64,000 nucleotides of DNA from Ignavibacteriota bacterium. GTDB taxonomy: Bacteria > Bacteroidota > Ignavibacteria > Kapaibacteriales > UBA2268. The position numbers and the translations under genes were made by a program. The notes under the pieces were generated by a model. The model saw only the letters and a program-made list of their open reading frames with translations, was not told the origin of the DNA and did no database searches. Positions within the stretch are counted from its first letter, which is position 1. Each line of letters opens with the position of its first letter. Shown here piece by piece: positions 49,862-58,203 of this stretch. The DNA lies in the NCBI GenBank assembly GCA_019637995.1, contig JAHBUQ010000001.1:902381-966380 (forward strand), read 5' to 3'.

Positions 49862-51178
49862 TTATCTCGAATTACTTTGCCTACCATAGCTCTTTGCTGA
49901 ATTACTACTTCTTCCTGCAACAGGTGCATGATTAGCACTAGGTCTCGCATTGTTAGGTCTTCCACGCTGCTGTTTAACAGGTTTTTCGGGCTTGAGATTC
50001 ATCAAAGGGAATGGATGGTCTTCAACAACAGGAATATTCTTTGAAATAAGCTTTTCAACATTACGCAGATGTTCCTTTTCCAATGCGTCACAAAATGAGT
50101 ATGAAGTTCCTTTTGCTCCTGCTCTGCCTGTTCTGCCAATTCTGTGAACGTAAGTTTCCGGAATGTTCGACATTTCATAATTGATTACATATTCCAAATC
50201 ATCAACATCAATTCCACGGGCGGCAATGTCGGTTGCAACTAAAACACGTGTTGTTTGTGATTTAAAATTTGCTAAAGCCCGCTGCCTGGCATTCTGAGCT
50301 TTATTCCCGTGAATTGCTTCTGCGGCTATGTTGTGATTTTGAAGAATTTTTACAACTTTATCAGCACCGTGCTTGGTATTAGTGAAAACCAATGCCGTTT
50401 TAATATTCGTATCTTTCAAAATATTCAATAACAGAGCGTTTTTATTTACCTTGTCAACAAAATACACAGATTGCTTGATGATATCAACTGTTGATGATGC
50501 CGGAGTAACTGATACTTTTACCGGTTTCTGCAAGATAGAGCCGGCAAGATTTACAATTTCAGGTGGCATAGTCGCTGAGAAAAACAGTGATTGCCTTTGT
50601 TTAGGAAGTAAAGTCAGCAATTTCCTGATATCGTGAATAAAACCCATATCAAGCATACGGTCTGCTTCGTCAAGTACGAAAATTTCTACATGCTTTAGAG
50701 TCAGGAATCCTTGATTTAGCAGGTCTAAAAGTCTGCCGGGAGTGGCAATCAGTATATCAACACCACGCTGGAGTACATTAGTTTGAGGTGTTTGTTTAAC
50801 GCCACCAAATATTACTGTGCTGACCAAACCTGTATGCCTGCCATAAGCTTTGAAACTTTCATCAATCTGTATTGCAAGTTCACGTGTAGGAGTAACAATC
50901 AGACTTCGGATTTTTCTTTTTGAACCGTGTGGTTTGGTGTTGCTCAATAATTGTAATATCGGTATCGCAAAAGCTGCAGTTTTACCGGTACCTGTCTGTG
51001 CACAACCAAGCAAATCTTTCCCTTCTAAAACTTTAGGGATAGACTGTGTTTGAATTGGCGTGGGATTTGTATAACCTTCTTCCTGAATTGCTTTTAAAAT
51101 CGGTTCGATTAAATTAAGAGATTTAAACTCTATTTTAGATTCTATTTTTGAAACAATTGTTTCATTTTTCTTTGTCAA
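49862..51178 (-). CDS. DEAD-box ATP-dependent RNA helicase (RhlE/DeaD-like) with a basic C-terminal tail
   Basis: Q-motif, AQTGTGKT, DEAD (VLDEADRMLDMGF), SAT and HRIGRTGR motifs. The C-terminal tail is rich in Arg, Gly and Ser. Confidence 0.9.
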   Translation of the reverse strand: MTKKNETIVSKIESKIEFKSLNLIEPILKAIQEEGYTNPTPIQTQSIPKVLEGKDLLGCAQTGTGKTAAFAIPILQLLSNTKPHGSKRKIRSLIVTPTRELAIQIDESFKAYGRHTGLVSTVIFGGVKQTPQTNVLQRGVDILIATPGRLLDLLNQGFLTLKHVEIFVLDEADRMLDMGFIHDIRKLLTLLPKQRQSLFFSATMPPEIVNLAGSILQKPVKVSVTPASSTVDIIKQSVYFVDKVNKNALLLNILKDTNIKTALVFTNTKHGADKVVKILQNHNIAAEAIHGNKAQNARQRALANFKSQTTRVLVATDIAARGIDVDDLEYVINYEMSNIPETYVHRIGRTGRAGAKGTSYSFCDALEKEHLRNVEKLISKNIPVVEDHPFPLMNLKPEKPVKQQRGRPNNARPSANHAPVAGRSSNSAKSYGRQSNSR

Positions 51179-51314
51179 GTAAAAAACCTTGTGGTAAATA
51201 AATATTAATGCAAAAGCATTAGACTAAGTATAAACGATTGATTAAGAAATTTAGTGGTTCAATGTTAATATAAATTTGAATTTCATTATGCTGGCTTAAG
51301 TGGAATAATATCTT

Positions 51315-51632
51315 TTACACAATCTTAATTCCGCTTCTCAAAATCTCTTCAACTATTGGATTATCGGAATTAAAATCATTCTTACGAAATGTATGTGGTT
51401 GAATATCAATGCTTGTTTTTAAAGTGGCACCGGCAATTTTTTTTAAATCAAGAAATCTATTTCCAACAAAATCATCTGAAATAAGAGCAACATCAATGTC
51501 GCTCCATTCATTATAAGTGCCTTTAGCATAACTCCCAAAAAGAAAAGCTTCAACAATTTTAATCTGTGATTGCTCAATTTGTTCAACTAGTTTTTTGACT
51601 AAATCTATAGCTTTATTTGTGCTTTCAGCCAT
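51315..51632 (-). CDS. Nucleotidyltransferase-domain protein (MNT-type, minimal Pol-beta fold) without an adjacent HEPN partner
   Basis: GSxxxG…DxD motif (GSYAKGTYNEWSDIDVALIS). No HEPN-like ORF lies within 140 bp downstream. Confidence 0.7.
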   Translation of the reverse strand: MAESTNKAIDLVKKLVEQIEQSQIKIVEAFLFGSYAKGTYNEWSDIDVALISDDFVGNRFLDLKKIAGATLKTSIDIQPHTFRKNDFNSDNPIVEEILRSGIKIV

Positions 51633-51807
51633 AGGTATTACTTTGTAATTTGATAATATAAAAGTAACGATTAATTCAATAAATATTGTTTAAAATATTA
51701 ACAAATTGCTTGTGAAAAATCTGTATTTTAAATCAAGAAATTGCAATTTAAAAGAAATAATTTCGTTAATATTTGTTTGAATATGTATAGTAAGTAGAGA
51801 TATACAA

Positions 51808-51987
51808 ATGCCGGAAATATCACGTTTTTTTGGAATTATAATAACGATGAATTTCAACGACCACAATCCACCACATTTACATGCTGAATACGGTGAGTTT
51901 GAAGCAATTTTTGATATTCAGGGTAATTGTATTATTGAGGGTAATTTACCACGAACTGCTATTAAACTTGTAAAAATCTTGGATTAA
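51808..51987 (+). CDS. DUF4160-family small protein (59 aa), absent from the ORF track
   Basis: Translation MPEISRFFGIIITMNFNDHNPPHLHAEYGEF… matches the DUF4160 signature (SxFxGIxIxMxxxDHxPPHxH). It sits directly upstream of the DUF2442 gene, which is the usual pairing. Confidence 0.6.
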   Translation: MPEISRFFGIIITMNFNDHNPPHLHAEYGEFEAIFDIQGNCIIEGNLPRTAIKLVKILD

Positions 51988-52071
51988 CATACATAATGTC
52001 GAATTATTAGAGAATTGGAATTTATTGAGAAATTCTTTACAACCAATTAAGATAACCCCATTAAAATAAAA

Positions 52072-52302
52072 ATGATAAAAATTACAAACATATCTCACAT
52101 AGAAAATTATCTACTGAAAGTATCTTTTGATGATAATACATCAAAAATTCTTGATTTTGAAAAAATACTCGAATTTAAAGGAATGGCACAACCACTAAAA
52201 AATATTGATTATTTTAAATCCGTTAAGTTATTGAGAAATGGAAGAAGTTTCGGTTGGGATAATGATTACGATTGTTGTGCCGATTGGGCGTACAGATATT
52301 GA
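52072..52302 (+). CDS. DUF2442-family protein
   Basis: MIKITNISHIENYLLKVSFDDNTSKILDF… is the typical DUF2442 N-terminus. Its partner DUF4160 gene lies 85 bp upstream. Confidence 0.7.
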   Translation: MIKITNISHIENYLLKVSFDDNTSKILDFEKILEFKGMAQPLKNIDYFKSVKLLRNGRSFGWDNDYDCCADWAYRY

Positions 52303-52364
52303 AAATATAAAAGTCCGGCAATTATTATTACCGGACTTTCTATTCATAAAAGACTGACTACCAA

Positions 52365-52958
52365 TTACAAATTCAATCTAACTCCAAATCTAAATGTAAC
52401 AAAATTGTCCTGAAAATCTGTCGAGTAAAAGCCAATTTGAACAAATATGGATTTATTTATATCATTGATTATGTTGTAACCCAAATTCATTGACATTATC
52501 ATTTGAGTACTAATGTCAGAGCCGGTCATGATACCACCTCCAATAGTCATATACAAATTTTCAATTTTTTTAGGATGAAATTTAAGACCAATAGTAGTAA
52601 ATCGCAGTGATTGAAAATTATCGCCTTCATCTGTCTTAAAATTCATACGTGTACCTTCTGTCAAAACCTGAATATATGAAATTGTTTTGGGTAGTTTGTA
52701 ATCGAAAGAAAATCCAATTGATGAACCATGTATAAAATCCGTACCCGTAGCACTTTCAGTCAATCTTGTACCTGTAAATAGTCCGTTATATCCACCAAAT
52801 ACTCCCAAATAATATGGGGAATTTTCATTGATGGGAGTTGTTTCCAAATACTTGTCAGTGGAAGTTTGCGACATTGCATTTTGACCCATAGATAATGCAA
52901 TAAAAAAGAGGCAAGCAATTGTGAGGCTGATTGCTTTGATTTTAAGAGAGCTGAACAT
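52365..52958 (-). CDS. Small outer-membrane beta-barrel protein, paralog A
   Basis: Signal peptide begins at an internal Met (MFSSLKIKAISLT…) and the C-terminus is …FRFGVRLNL. It is clearly homologous to 53826–54371. The track ORF extends to 53054, but that N-terminal extension is unlikely to be real. Confidence 0.5.
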   Translation of the reverse strand: MFSSLKIKAISLTIACLFFIALSMGQNAMSQTSTDKYLETTPINENSPYYLGVFGGYNGLFTGTRLTESATGTDFIHGSSIGFSFDYKLPKTISYIQVLTEGTRMNFKTDEGDNFQSLRFTTIGLKFHPKKIENLYMTIGGGIMTGSDISTQMIMSMNLGYNIINDINKSIFVQIGFYSTDFQDNFVTFRFGVRLNL

Positions 52959-53226
52959 AAAATACTCCAAAAATAAATTATACAACAAGAATTTTGTAAG
53001 TATTAGAAACTGTTCATATTTGTACTTCAATATATTTGAAAAAAGAATATACAAAAGTATATTAATTTTTTGAAATCACAAAAGAAAAAATATTTTTTTG
53101 ATAATTAAACACATATTTTGAGATTTTATTTTAAAGCACATTTTTATCTAAACTATAAATACAATATATTTTTATATGTAAAGTTATATCAATATAAGAT
53201 ATTACTAAATAGTATAAGATTTTAAT

Positions 53227-53457
53227 ATGAAAACAGTATCACTAAAAATAGACAATTCTATATATGATGATTTAGAATCAGTATTAGCCAATTTCAAAAT
53301 ATCAAGAAACAGATATATCAACGATGCAATTAGATTCTATAATGATTTCCAAAAGAGACAAATCCTCGAAATCGAATTGGAAAAAGAGTCGAAACTTGTC
53401 AGTTCAGAATCAATGAAAGTTTTGGGAGAATTTAGTGAGTTGGATTATGTTGACTAA
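53227..53457 (+). CDS. Ribbon-helix-helix (CopG/MazE-like) antitoxin
   Basis: N-terminal beta-strand plus two-helix RHH pattern (TVSLKIDNSIYDDLESV…ISRNRYINDAIRFY). Its 3' end overlaps the toxin gene by 23 nt. Confidence 0.5.
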   Translation: MKTVSLKIDNSIYDDLESVLANFKISRNRYINDAIRFYNDFQKRQILEIELEKESKLVSSESMKVLGEFSELDYVD

Positions 53458-53791
53458 ACAGTTTGAAATCTGGCTTGCAGATTTGAACCCACAAATGGGA
53501 ACAGAACCGGGAAAGACAAGACCTGTACTAATCATACAAACAAATTTGCTTAATAAAATTCCGCATCCATCAACTATTATTTGTCCAATTACAACAAATG
53601 TTGAACCTGACTCTAAAATATTAAGGGTGAATATACCTCATAATACAACAGGACTGAATAAAAATAGTGATATTATGATTGACCAAATTCGTGCAATTGA
53701 TAATAAAATGTTAATCAAAAAAATTGGTGAATTACCTGATAATTTAATATCAAAAGTGAAAATGAATTTGATTATACTTTTGAATTTCTAA
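53435..53791 (+). CDS. PemK/MazF-family type II toxin (mRNA interferase)
   Basis: FEIWLADLNPQMGTEPGKTRPVLIIQ… is the MazF/PemK hallmark (…GxEQxGxRPxxVV/II). Confidence 0.8.
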   Translation: MSWIMLTKQFEIWLADLNPQMGTEPGKTRPVLIIQTNLLNKIPHPSTIICPITTNVEPDSKILRVNIPHNTTGLNKNSDIMIDQIRAIDNKMLIKKIGELPDNLISKVKMNLIILLNF

Positions 53792-53825
53792 ATTTAAAAG
53801 GAATCATATTTTGTAATTCTATGTT

Positions 53826-54371
53826 TTATAAATTAAAATTAGTACCAAAACTAATCTTCAGGAAAACATCCTTAAAATCGGTTTCTGCTCCACCAATTTG
53901 AATAAAAAATGATCTATTTTTCTCATTAAAAAATTCATGACCGATATAAAATGACCTAATAAATTGAGTTTCTCTACCTGTCATTATTCCAACTGATGTT
54001 GAAAAATATAAAATCTTAACAGGAAACTTAATACCTATTGTATTGAAACTAATAGATTCGTAGTTCTCTTTGCCATTTTTTTCAAAGTTCATAAAGTTAG
54101 ATTCTGATAAGAATTGTAATTTTACTTTTGAATATTTAAATTTGTATTCAAAAAGAATTCCAAATGACATTCCATTGACGATATTGGTACCAACGATATC
54201 GGAAGTCAGGGGAGAATTGTTAGGTATTCCTGTATATCCAAACGAGAATCCTACACTAAATGGTGATTGATTTATCCGTATAGTATCAGTTTGAGATAAA
54301 GACTCCGCTTGTGAGAATAATAAAATGATTGCAAACACAAGTTTGCTTACAAATAATAATTTTTTCAACAT
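53826..54371 (-). CDS. Small outer-membrane beta-barrel protein, paralog B
   Basis: The signal peptide runs from an internal Met (MLKKLLFVSKLVFAIILLFSQA). Shared blocks with paralog A include MNFxxxxxxN(F/Y)xS(L/I)xF(T/N)TIG(L/I)KF, GIMTG and F(V/I)QIGxxxTDFxDxF…(F/G)xxNL. Confidence 0.5.
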   Translation of the reverse strand: MLKKLLFVSKLVFAIILLFSQAESLSQTDTIRINQSPFSVGFSFGYTGIPNNSPLTSDIVGTNIVNGMSFGILFEYKFKYSKVKLQFLSESNFMNFEKNGKENYESISFNTIGIKFPVKILYFSTSVGIMTGRETQFIRSFYIGHEFFNEKNRSFFIQIGGAETDFKDVFLKISFGTNFNL

Positions 54372-54416
54372 CTTTATCCACTCCAAATCATGAAATTTTA
54401 AATAATTGTATTTCAT

Positions 54417-55694
54417 TTACAAAACTAAAAACTTGATAACTTTATTGGTTGTACCGCTGTTAATCCTCAAGAAATATACACCGCTTAGCACATTACTTTT
54501 AATATCAATAGATAATGGATGTTGTGATAATACTTTAAAATTATCATTTCCTATATTATTTCCGAGAATATCTGTAACAATTAAATTGTTTAATAATTCA
54601 TATTCAATATTTATGTTTGTATTCAAAATTCTGTTGTCAACAACGATTGACAACATTTCAATTGAATTATTTATAACTTCATTTTCAACAGATACTGTAT
54701 TAAAATCAGCCTGCCATAAATTCCGATGATTTGAAATACAATAAAGGAAATTTTGATGTATAAAAGTACCCCGAAAACCTTCGTCACTTTCAAATAATAT
54801 ATTCCATGTATTACCTGAATCATTTGAAAAAAGTAATATCCCAACGTTAGTAGTATTATTTTTCCCTGAGATAATAATTTTGTTATCAATAAAATTTGTA
54901 TTAAAAAATGAGAAATTACCAGATAATCCTGTTTCAACTTTTCGCCAGTTTTCTCCATAATCTTCAGACTTATATATCTCACCGTTCTGGTTTGATACTA
55001 TACCAATACTACCTTCAAATTTAATATTCCTAACTGCAGAACTATTATTTTGATTGAAATAATCAACTTCTTTCCAATTTTTACCGAAATCAGTCGATGT
55101 TAAGACTTGTCCGTTTCCACTGCCAATAAATAATTCACTATTAGCTTTTGAAATTGAGTTTAATATTTTTACATTGTTTAATTTAAGATAATTACTTGTT
55201 AGTCCGCCATCATAAGTGAAAGATATGAAACTGTTTTGATTTAAATCACTACCTACAAAAATGCATGTATCGTTTCCAAAAAATTCATATCCTGTTATAA
55301 AAATTATATTCCCACCAAAATCATTTAAAAATTCTGACCAATTTAAACCGTTATCTGTTGATTTTAGAATTGATGGCATTGTCCCCGATGGATGTAAAAC
55401 GGACATATAAATATCATTATTATTACTAAATGAAGAGAAAATCCATCTGTCTTGGATATTAATGACCTTAGAACTAAAATCATTTAAGTCAACTTCCGTT
55501 ATTTTGCCACCCACATTGAAAAGTAACACTTTGTCCTCAAAATGGACAAAAGCGGATATTGAGTCAGGTCCCGTGTGAACATTTGTCCAATCAGAGCTTA
55601 AAACTGCTCTAGAAGATAAGAGCAAAACAAAAATTAGAAATTTCATAAATACTGTCTCCAACAATTCATTTAAAATTCTTATCAAATTAATCAT
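54417..55694 (-). CDS. Secreted Ycf48/BNR-like beta-propeller protein with a T9SS C-terminal sorting domain
   Basis: Signal peptide. Repeated SxDxGxxW-like blades (STDNGLNWSE, STDFGKNWKEV, SEDYGENWRKV, SNDSGNTWNI). C-terminal CTD …GVYFLRINSGTTNKVIKFLVL. Confidence 0.6.
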   Translation of the reverse strand: MINLIRILNELLETVFMKFLIFVLLLSSRAVLSSDWTNVHTGPDSISAFVHFEDKVLLFNVGGKITEVDLNDFSSKVINIQDRWIFSSFSNNNDIYMSVLHPSGTMPSILKSTDNGLNWSEFLNDFGGNIIFITGYEFFGNDTCIFVGSDLNQNSFISFTYDGGLTSNYLKLNNVKILNSISKANSELFIGSGNGQVLTSTDFGKNWKEVDYFNQNNSSAVRNIKFEGSIGIVSNQNGEIYKSEDYGENWRKVETGLSGNFSFFNTNFIDNKIIISGKNNTTNVGILLFSNDSGNTWNILFESDEGFRGTFIHQNFLYCISNHRNLWQADFNTVSVENEVINNSIEMLSIVVDNRILNTNINIEYELLNNLIVTDILGNNIGNDNFKVLSQHPLSIDIKSNVLSGVYFLRINSGTTNKVIKFLVL

Positions 55695-55959
55695 CCCGCA
55701 GTAAACAGCAGGGTATCAAAATAATACATATTAAAATGTAACTACTCAGAAGTATCGTTTTTCAAAGGGATAAAGCCCTTTGTTACTGTATTCCGCAACC
55801 GCTATAGCAGTACGCAAATAAAAATATAAATGCAAAATTTTGTGAATAACAACATATTTACAATTAAAATATTACATTGGCAATAATATAAATAGAATAT
55901 TTGATAATTTTGACTGAGTAGTTACAATAGATTTGAAATATTAGCTAATAATTAATATT

Positions 55960-56826
55960 CTAAAATCCAAGCCAACTAAGGATCGTTGTTACTGCAACCA
56001 CCACAGCACCAATAACCCCTCCTAGATTACCAACTGCAACCCCATAAGAAGCTAGTAAAGAACGGTATGCAACAACTGGAACTGGTGAACCATCATCAAT
56101 TGCCTTTGCAGCAGTCAATGCATCCATTATGGTCGCACCCGCTGCGGTATACCAACCTATCCATTCAGGATTTTCTTCATTATCGTAATCTTCTTTCCAG
56201 ATATTCCACCCATTATTAGGATTATTAATAGCATCATCCCAATATACTAAACTAAATTTTGATACTGCAGTAGCTGAGAAAACAACTTTTTTCTCATGTT
56301 GAGAATAAGTTAAATTTGAAGATACTGAATTCTCAAGTAATTTTATTTGATTAATTGTAGCATCAACTTGATTAGAAGTTGAACAAGTAGCCATAGTTTG
56401 AAATAATTGATTTAAAGAATATGCAATGTTGCTTGAAAATTGTTCATACAAATATTCTTCAAAAGTTTGATTAGAATCAATTGCATCAATTATAAGTTGA
56501 AAATGTGCTTCATTTGAAGAAATCAATGCTGCTGGAAGTACTGTAATTGAATAAACCGAATCACAATAATTACTTATGTGAGTAGTTACTGAACTACCAA
56601 ATGAAGCAGCACCAGTAGAACTTACGTATTGATTAATTACATAATCACCAATTTCATTATGCATATAGCCAATAGAATCGTATGGATTAACAGGGTTCCA
56701 CAAATTATTGTATGACCCGCCAAAAGATAAAGGCTGTCCGTCAAAATTTTGATTAACAGACTTGTCAGAATCAGAGCATGATATTACAGTTATGCTTAGC
56801 AATATATATATATATATATATTGCAC
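55960..56826 (-). CDS. Hypothetical lipoprotein with a C-terminal glycine-zipper TM anchor. Uses a GTG start and has a (TA)9 repeat in codons 3–8
   Basis: Only GTG is available as a start after the upstream in-frame stop. Lipobox …VISC. C-terminal GNLGGVIGAVVVAVTTIL. Confidence 0.4.
   Translation of the reverse strand: MQYIYIYILLSITVISCSDSDKSVNQNFDGQPLSFGGSYNNLWNPVNPYDSIGYMHNEIGDYVINQYVSSTGAASFGSSVTTHISNYCDSVYSITVLPAALISSNEAHFQLIIDAIDSNQTFEEYLYEQFSSNIAYSLNQLFQTMATCSTSNQVDATINQIKLLENSVSSNLTYSQHEKKVVFSATAVSKFSLVYWDDAINNPNNGWNIWKEDYDNEENPEWIGWYTAAGATIMDALTAAKAIDDGSPVPVVAYRSLLASYGVAVGNLGGVIGAVVVAVTTILSWLGF
56803..56820. repeat. (TA)9 dinucleotide microsatellite
   Basis: The perfect repeat tatatatatatatatata lies inside the N-terminal coding region (YIYIYI) of the lipoprotein gene. 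Confidence 0.9.
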
Positions 56827-57040
56827 TTGGAAGATTTAAAATAACTCATCATAAAACCTTTTTATAAATTTAACAAATAAGTCCTGCACCAAAGTAAAAA
56901 TATTTTATCAATCTACCAAGTTTAAAATGATTTATAATAAAAATATTTTAAAATATTATTCTTATAAAATATCTGACCGATTTAATAGTTATACATTGAT
57001 TAATTTACATATATCATAATATTTATATCGGAGTCAAAAA

Positions 57041-58180
57041 ATGAACTATCTTCTAACTGAAGAGCAATTAATGCTAAAAGACCTTGTCGCAAAATTCGGT
57101 AAAGAAAAAATAGCTCCTGTAGCTGCTGAAAATGAAAGAAACCACAGATTTCCTGCTGATATTATTGCAGAAGCCGGTGAAATGGGGCTTATGGGTGTTG
57201 CATTCCCGGATGAATATGGTGGTGCAGGTATGGATTTTGTTTCGTACTTCCTTACAGTTGAAGAATTATCCCGCTGGTGCGCCTCGACAGGTGTGATTGT
57301 ATCGGCACATTCATCCCTTGTTTGCGACCCGATTTACAGATTCGGAACTGAAGAACAAAAACAAAAATATTTACCCGGATTGCTTAGCGGTCAAAAAATT
57401 GGTTCATTTTCATTGACGGAATCAAATGCCGGTTCTGATTCAGGTGCAACTCAGACTACAGCAAAATTTGACGGTACAAACTGGGTATTAAACGGCTCAA
57501 AATTATTTGCTACAAATGGTAAAGAAGCTGACATTTTTGTACTGATTGCCTCAACTGAACCATCATTAAAAACTCGCGGAGTTACTGCATTCATAGTTGA
57601 AAAGGAAACTCCGGGTTACAAAATCGGCAAAGTAGAACAAAAGCTTGGTATCCGCTCATCATCAACAACAGAAATTATTCTTGAAAATGTTGTGGTTCCG
57701 CCTTCAAATATGCTTGGCGAGCTAAATAAGGGATTCAAAGTTGCAATGACTACGCTTGATGGTGGTCGTATTGGTATTGCTGCACAAGGACTTGGAATAG
57801 CCCGAGCTGCAATTGAAGATTCGATTAAATATGCTAAAGAACGCTACCAATTTGACCAGCCGATTGCAAATTTCCAAGCTATTCAATGGATGATTGCAGA
57901 TATGTGGGTTCGCTACGAAGCTGCTTGGCTATTGACCTGGCGAGCTGCAAAAATGAAACAGGAAGGTCTTGATTATAACCGCGAGGCAGCTATGGCTAAG
58001 CTCGACTCATCTGAAGTTGCTATGTTCTGTGCAAACCGTGCTATTCAGATTCATGGTGGCTACGGCTATACTGAAGATTTCAATGTTGAGCGTTATTATC
58101 GTGATGCAAAAATTTGCGAAATTTATGAAGGTACAAGCGAAATTCAGCGTCTTGTGATTTCACGCAGTTTGTTGAAATAA
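57041..58180 (+). CDS. Acyl-CoA dehydrogenase (short/branched-chain, butyryl-CoA dehydrogenase-like)
   Basis: Full-length ACAD fold with the catalytic Glu region (…YEGTSEIQRLVISR) and FAD-binding motifs. Confidence 0.9.
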   Translation: MNYLLTEEQLMLKDLVAKFGKEKIAPVAAENERNHRFPADIIAEAGEMGLMGVAFPDEYGGAGMDFVSYFLTVEELSRWCASTGVIVSAHSSLVCDPIYRFGTEEQKQKYLPGLLSGQKIGSFSLTESNAGSDSGATQTTAKFDGTNWVLNGSKLFATNGKEADIFVLIASTEPSLKTRGVTAFIVEKETPGYKIGKVEQKLGIRSSSTTEIILENVVVPPSNMLGELNKGFKVAMTTLDGGRIGIAAQGLGIARAAIEDSIKYAKERYQFDQPIANFQAIQWMIADMWVRYEAAWLLTWRAAKMKQEGLDYNREAAMAKLDSSEVAMFCANRAIQIHGGYGYTEDFNVERYYRDAKICEIYEGTSEIQRLVISRSLLK

Positions 58181-58203
58181 TTTTTAGGATAAGCGGAGAA
58201 AGA

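Noticed and set aside
51179-51314. Search for a HEPN partner gene downstream of the MNT nucleotidyltransferase
   Set aside because: No ORF of any useful length exists in any frame in this 136-bp spacer.
55765-55784. The hairpin caaagggataaagccctttg between the T9SS gene and the lipoprotein gene, as a terminator or sRNA
   Set aside because: It is only a 7-bp stem and lacks a convincing downstream T-run on either strand, so I left it unannotated.
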